DNA of 56,105 nucleotides from Candidatus Adlerbacteria bacterium (GTDB lineage Bacteria; Patescibacteriota; Minisyncoccia; Phycocordibacterales; SBAW01): NCBI GenBank assembly GCA_903884345.1, contig CAISEE010000001.1, positions 1 to 56,105 of the forward strand, read 5' to 3'. Shown piece by piece: positions 51,432 to 56,105 of this stretch (position 1 is its first letter; each line of letters starts with the position of its first letter). The notes under the pieces were generated by a model. It saw only the letters and a program-made list of their open reading frames with translations, ran no database searches and was not told where the DNA came from. The position numbers and the translations under genes were made by a program.

Positions 51432-53129
51432 TTAGTATTTCAACTCCTTCAAAAACCCCTCGACCTTTTTGTCTATCTCCGCACGCTCCTTCTCAAGCGC
51501 TGCCAACTCCTTGCGCACCACCGATACATCGATCACCTCCTCCTTGTCGCCATTCTCGATATAGCGGCGTACATTGAGGTTGTACTCGTTCTCCTCGAGC
51601 TCTTTGAGGTCAACAACGCGCGCGTAGTTCTGGATATCTGCATAACCATCAAAAGCTTTGACGATTTTGCTAATATCCTGCGGGCGCAGCGAATTCTGAT
51701 TCTTGCCTTCGAGAAAATCCTTCTCGGCGTCGATGATGAGCACCTTGTTTTTGTGGCTCTCTTGCTTGTTGCGATTGAAGATGAGGACCGCCGCCGGGAT
51801 GCCGGTGCCATAGAAGAGTTTTGCCGGGAGCGCGATGACTGCCTCGAGGAGATCGTTCTTGAGTATCTGCTCGCGGATGCGCCCCTCGGAGCCGCCACGA
51901 AAGAGTACGCCGTGTGGGAGCACCACGCCTGCGCGGCCATTCTGATTCATCGACTTGAGGATATGGAGCACGAAGGCGTAGTCGGCGTTTTTGTTGGGTG
52001 GCATGTCGTAGCCCTCGGTGCGGCCGTACTTGGTCTTGAACTGATCAAATTCCCAGTCCTTGATCGAGGACGGCGGGTTGGCAACGACTATGTCAAAGGT
52101 CTGGAGCCCGCCCTGCTGGTTGAGAAACTGTGGGTTTGCGAGTGTATCACCGCGGCGTATGTCGGCACTGTCGAGCCCGTGGAGGAACATGTTGATTCGG
52201 GCAATCGCGAAGGTGCTGAGGTTGAGCTCCTGCCCATAGAGGTAGAGTGTCTTGGCAATTTTCTCGCCTGCCTTCTTGTTGAGATAGTCGTATGCTTCGA
52301 GCAAGAAGCCGCCCGAGCCCACGGTCGGGTCATAGATATGATCCTTCTGGTGCGGCTTGAGAATGCTGACGATAATGCGCTCCACCTCGCGAGGGGTGTA
52401 GAACTCCCCTCCCTTCTTGCCTGCATCGGCGGCAAACTGCTTGATGAGGTACTCGTATGCGTCACCAAGGAGGTCGGAGCTGATGTAGGTATTGCCAAAG
52501 TTGTATTGCGAGAAATGATTGATGAGCTTCTGGAGCGTCTCGTTGGGGAAGCGATCTTTGTTGGCAAAGTCGAGGTCGTCGAAGATACGGTCGAGTTTGG
52601 GGCTGTTGGCGTTGGCAAGCTTTTCGAAGATGTCGTTCAGGCTCTGTCCAATCTTCTCGGCCTGTTCAGCGACCACATTCAAACGGCAGTCCTTTGGGAC
52701 TTGGAAGCGGTGGTTGTAGTCGGCGCGCGCGATTGTCTCGTCGCCATACTCTTTCATGACCGCCTCGTACTCCTCGTCCCACACGTCGCTAATGCGCTTG
52801 TAGAACAGGAGGCCGAAGATGTACTTCTTGTAGTCGGAGCTGTCGATCTTGCCGCGCAGAATGTCGGCGCTCTTCCAGAGAAAGTTCTCGAGCTGCGGCA
52901 GCGTCAATCGGCTGCCCATTTTGTCGACAATGGTCTGGATATCCTGTGGGCGATACTTGCGGTCGCCACGCTTGCCGATGCGCAGCGGGACGAGAATACC
53001 CTCCTTCTCCCAATTACGCAGAGTGTCTTGGTGAATAGAGAAAATATCGGCAACTTCGCCGATGGTGAGCAAATCGCCCTTCTCTTTTAATTTGGCTTCG
53101 ATGTCTTTTCTCATACTGTTACGCTTCAT
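51432..53129 (-). CDS. hsdM: type I R-M DNA methyltransferase subunit with N-terminal MerR/excisionase-type HTH
   Basis: ATG at 53129 with GGAG 7 nt upstream. HTH LLTIGEVADIFSIHQDTLRNWEKEGILVP, then an HsdM_N-like LENFLWKSADILRG, the SAM motif DPTVGSGGFL and motif IV reading VVANPPSS. Confidence 0.92.
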   Translation of the reverse strand: MKRNSMRKDIEAKLKEKGDLLTIGEVADIFSIHQDTLRNWEKEGILVPLRIGKRGDRKYRPQDIQTIVDKMGSRLTLPQLENFLWKSADILRGKIDSSDYKKYIFGLLFYKRISDVWDEEYEAVMKEYGDETIARADYNHRFQVPKDCRLNVVAEQAEKIGQSLNDIFEKLANANSPKLDRIFDDLDFANKDRFPNETLQKLINHFSQYNFGNTYISSDLLGDAYEYLIKQFAADAGKKGGEFYTPREVERIIVSILKPHQKDHIYDPTVGSGGFLLEAYDYLNKKAGEKIAKTLYLYGQELNLSTFAIARINMFLHGLDSADIRRGDTLANPQFLNQQGGLQTFDIVVANPPSSIKDWEFDQFKTKYGRTEGYDMPPNKNADYAFVLHILKSMNQNGRAGVVLPHGVLFRGGSEGRIREQILKNDLLEAVIALPAKLFYGTGIPAAVLIFNRNKQESHKNKVLIIDAEKDFLEGKNQNSLRPQDISKIVKAFDGYADIQNYARVVDLKELEENEYNLNVRRYIENGDKEEVIDVSVVRKELAALEKERAEIDKKVEGFLKELKY

Positions 53130-53309
53130 CCTATCTCCAGATAGATACAGAGTCAAGTGTTCATAGGTTACCATAGGTCTGCATAGTAGCTCGCATTGCA
53201 AAGTATAGGTATTTTGTTACCAACAGGGCGTGCCGGACTAGCGTCCGGACTCACAACAGGGGTTCTGTCATCACTTGTACTTGCAGATTAGCAAGTAACC
53301 ACAAGGGAC

Positions 53310-54659
53310 ATGAATACCGCGACATTTGAGGCTGTTGGGGCGCTTGGGGCAAAACCAGAGGCAAAGGAGGCCGTAAAGGTGCGCTACTGCCTATACGCCC
53401 GTAAGTCCACCGAGCAGGACGAAATGCAAGCGCTGTCGATCGACTCGCAGATCAAAGAAATGAGTGCGCTAGCGGTACGAGATGGGCTGGAGGTGGTTGT
53501 TACCAAGCGAGAGAGCCACTCGGCCAAAGAGACCGGCCAGCGGCCAGTCTTCAACGAGATGCTCGAGGAAATACGCATGGGCACATACAACGGCATCCTC
53601 ACCTGGGCGGCCGACCGCATCAGCCGCAACGCGGGCGACCTCGGCAAAGTGGTCGATTTGATGGACGCAGGCAAACTGCACGGCATACAGACGTATGGGC
53701 AGAAGTTCTCCAACAACCCAAACGAGAAGTTCTTGCTCATGATCCTGTGCTCACAGGCAAAACTGGAGAATGACAACAAAAGCATCAATGTGAAACGCGG
53801 ATTGCGCACTCGTGCCGAGATGGGGATGCTCCCCGGCTGGGCACCTATCGGCTATTTAAATGACACGCGCAACGACCATAAATGTGAGTACCTGCTCGAC
53901 CCTCTACGCGCCCCGGTCATCCGTATGGTATTTGAGAAAGTGGCAAAGGAGCGCTGGAGTGGCAAGAAGATTTACTACTGGTTGAAAGATGACCTTAAAT
54001 TTACAACGCGCAGCGGTAAGAGCCTTAACATCAGCACCCTTTATGAACTACTGAAGAATCCCTTTTACTGCGGCGTGTTCGAGTACCCACGCAAGAGCGG
54101 CAATTGGTATGTTGGAAAGCACGAACCACTCATCACAAGAGAGCTGTTTGAGGCGGTGCGAGCGAAAATCGTCGAGGAAACAAAACCAAGAAAACGATCG
54201 AACGAATTCGCATTTGTCCGCATGATGACCTGCGGCGACTGTGGTTCGGGCATCACCGCATTCGAGAAGGAGAAGCTGATCAAGGGTACCGGCGAAACAA
54301 AACTGTACCGCTACTACGCGTGCGGTCGTTCCAAAGACCGCAACTGCAAAAGCCTGTACATACGCGAGGATGCGCTCATCGAGCAGCTCATCGAAGTCAT
54401 CGACAAGGTCGACATAGACCAGCTCGGAGCGCGACACCTTATAGACAAAGAGGTCGCGCGATTCAACAAACTTCGCTCACAAGTGCTCGGCGTGCACGAG
54501 AAGGAAAAGGTACGCGACATGGACGTGCGGCGCTATGCCAAGTATTTGCTGGAGGAAGGGACACTGGAGGAGAAGCGAGAGCTGCTGGGGCATTTGCGAG
54601 AGAAGTTGATACTTAAGGAAAAGAAAATCACTTTTGACGCTGATCTAGTCTTGCGTTAA
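53310..54659 (+). CDS. large serine recombinase
   Basis: 449 aa with the resolvase catalytic domain (CLYARKSTEQDEMQALSIDSQ), a recombinase domain, a Cys zinc ribbon (MTCGDCGS...YYACGRSKDRNC) and a C-terminal coiled coil. Confidence 0.9.
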   Translation: MNTATFEAVGALGAKPEAKEAVKVRYCLYARKSTEQDEMQALSIDSQIKEMSALAVRDGLEVVVTKRESHSAKETGQRPVFNEMLEEIRMGTYNGILTWAADRISRNAGDLGKVVDLMDAGKLHGIQTYGQKFSNNPNEKFLLMILCSQAKLENDNKSINVKRGLRTRAEMGMLPGWAPIGYLNDTRNDHKCEYLLDPLRAPVIRMVFEKVAKERWSGKKIYYWLKDDLKFTTRSGKSLNISTLYELLKNPFYCGVFEYPRKSGNWYVGKHEPLITRELFEAVRAKIVEETKPRKRSNEFAFVRMMTCGDCGSGITAFEKEKLIKGTGETKLYRYYACGRSKDRNCKSLYIREDALIEQLIEVIDKVDIDQLGARHLIDKEVARFNKLRSQVLGVHEKEKVRDMDVRRYAKYLLEEGTLEEKRELLGHLREKLILKEKKITFDADLVLR

Positions 54660-55916
54660 TCCCCTACGAACTTCCTCAGCCTTCCGTTCTTTATAGGTCT
54701 TTCTCCTAAGGCTGAGATGGTGCTGGTGGTATTCATTATCATCTCTCTCAGGCTCTATTTTGTTCATTGAAGTTGGATCTGAGCGGCCTCTCCGAAAAGG
54801 GCCGGCCATTGCAGCAAATTCTCCCTTGAACCAGGGCAGGGTTTTATACTCTCGTTCTTGAATCGCTTTTTCTTCAAAATCGGGTTCCCAAGGGTGTCGT
54901 CCGTATTCATCCATTGCGCCACCAGTCCCGTCATTGTTTCCCCACATAATAGTCCCTCCCCAGTGAATAGACCTAGGATCGGGCATCAGCAAGTAGCCTC
55001 CTCCAAAACTATGCCACTGATTACTTGGTAGGTTTGCTTCTGGATAGAGCCATTCTTCCTTTGCGGCTGCAATATATCTATGAGCGCGTTTCTTGATTAT
55101 GTAATTAATCTCTAATACTTCCTGTTCAGTCAGGTGTCTTTCAGTCTGCACTTCGGTATATTTGAAAATTGCGTTGCGCCAAGGGTTTGGATTTGGGCGA
55201 AGACCTACTTCTGATTGATACGGGTTTCTCACCCAAGACAAATTCGTGAGAATTAGTATTTTGTCTATTGAGAGCGGAAATATAGTGTGAGTCCCTTGTA
55301 ACCAAATATCAGGGTCGCTTGCCCCACGACACCAATCCGACTTAGGACTACAGCGCCTGTTATAGACTGTCACAGGGTGATCAGACACGATAAATTTTGT
55401 TTTTGATTGCGACGCATCGGCAATCAACCAAACACATTCCATCCATATTGCAGCATGCAAATCACGCATTCGTATCATCTGTCTAAGATTCCAATCCTTG
55501 TCCGAAGTCTGAGTCTTCGTAGACAACCATTCTAGCCCTTTTGGCGTCCTAAGTTTTTGGGTACTCATATAGATGAGTAGACGCCTCAGAGAATCACCCC
55601 ACGATTTGAGTGGATAGGAAAAATCATTAAAATATTCAACTGCACTTTTACCCTTCGTATCAATCTCACCAAAGAATCTTTTTTCAATCTCGGTTGAAGT
55701 AATACCAGAAAGCTTTCGAGTATACAGATCTCTTTCCATGAAGCACGCATCGGGACCTCTTCTTTTTAACACTCTATCTACATGCCTTACTCCTCGCGAA
55801 TCTAGAAACACATCTGGTTTAAGATTCAAATAGTGAAATTGGGTATCGCCGGGTAACAAAAAGCGTTGCTGATACCATTCCGGTACGTAGTGATTATTTC
55901 TAAACTCATTAGTCAT
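54645..55916 (-). CDS. DUF4238-like protein
   Basis: 423 aa. The N-terminal NNHYVPEWYQQRFL matches the HYVPxFYLxxF opening I associate with DUF4238. Convergent with the recombinase, with a 15-nt 3' overlap. Confidence 0.65.
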   Translation of the reverse strand: MTNEFRNNHYVPEWYQQRFLLPGDTQFHYLNLKPDVFLDSRGVRHVDRVLKRRGPDACFMERDLYTRKLSGITSTEIEKRFFGEIDTKGKSAVEYFNDFSYPLKSWGDSLRRLLIYMSTQKLRTPKGLEWLSTKTQTSDKDWNLRQMIRMRDLHAAIWMECVWLIADASQSKTKFIVSDHPVTVYNRRCSPKSDWCRGASDPDIWLQGTHTIFPLSIDKILILTNLSWVRNPYQSEVGLRPNPNPWRNAIFKYTEVQTERHLTEQEVLEINYIIKKRAHRYIAAAKEEWLYPEANLPSNQWHSFGGGYLLMPDPRSIHWGGTIMWGNNDGTGGAMDEYGRHPWEPDFEEKAIQEREYKTLPWFKGEFAAMAGPFRRGRSDPTSMNKIEPERDDNEYHQHHLSLRRKTYKERKAEEVRRGLTQD

Positions 55917-56105
55917 AGATTTAAATTACTACATAACAGAAAAGACGTCCTGTTTAGGACGCTTTTTCGGCTTAATGGGAAAATGTGAGGCTGTTTTGCC
56001 ACACCATGGCCCAACCACAACGCAACAGCTACAATCAAGGTATGACTACAAAAAAAGTGTCCCAGGTGTGCGTCTGTGCGCACCAAAAAGAATGGCAATT
56101 TTAGA

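Larger units (their letters stand above)
41943..56105. mobile_element. AT-richer genomic island (integrative element / defence island), right end beyond the window
   Basis: Abrupt visible drop in GC after 41.9 kb. Cargo: ParB-methylase, TerS-like HTH, type I R-M, large serine recombinase, DUF4238. Confidence 0.6.

Noticed and set aside
55913-56098. 61-aa ORF at the right edge.
   Set aside because: It reads through a hairpin + T-tract (about 55941-55965) and has no RBS or motif. Another frame at the extreme edge may hold the 3' end of a gene lying outside the window, but it is too short to call.
1-56105. CRISPR arrays, rRNA genes, IS elements with terminal inverted repeats.
   Set aside because: Reading both strands revealed no regularly spaced direct repeats, no rRNA-like conserved stretches and no transposase-like ORFs. 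The only recombinase is the serine recombinase at 53310..54659.

Overview
56.1-kb bacterial window with two compositional parts. Bases ~350-41,900 are visibly GC-rich chromosome. From ~41,900 to the right edge, and in a small patch at 1-350, the sequence is visibly AT-richer; the right part looks like an integrated mobile/defence island. Most genes in the GC-rich part are on the minus strand: a class-A-like serine hydrolase, pyrG, ftsEX, a short prfB, sppA and five tRNAs (Gln-CTG, Thr-CGT, Thr-GGT, Asp-GTC, Met/Ile2-CAT). It also holds a multi-PAS histidine kinase broken by an in-frame TAA, a family of large Thr/Ser/Gly-rich modular surface proteins, and a plus-strand glycan locus (GT2-GtrA fusion, GH8, PilZ-less cellulose-synthase-like GT2, GT-C/GT39-like enzyme, convergent GH6). 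The most unusual content is at 8.8-18 kb: two tandem paralogous YcaO loci. Each has its own ~100-aa precursor with a Gly/Cys/Ser/acidic microcin-B17-like C-terminus, a hydrophobic N-terminal helix and a near-invariant FFSPSLFS.PTALAEY block. Only one locus has a SagB-type dehydrogenase, and only the other has a translationally coupled 299-aa unknown. Both are followed by paralogous membrane-anchored helical proteins and by small secreted proteins with their own TTGACA promoters. The island carries a ParB-domain DNA methylase, a TerS-like HTH protein, a large serine recombinase and a DUF4238 protein. It also carries a seven-gene type I R-M operon (hsdM with an N-terminal MerR-like HTH, hsdS, hsdR, dinD, YgjP/M48 peptidase) with two embedded membrane-anchored unknowns. 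A CPR/Patescibacteria-like host is plausible from gene content, but that is only an impression. All calls were made by eye from the ORF track and the sequence; no searches were run.
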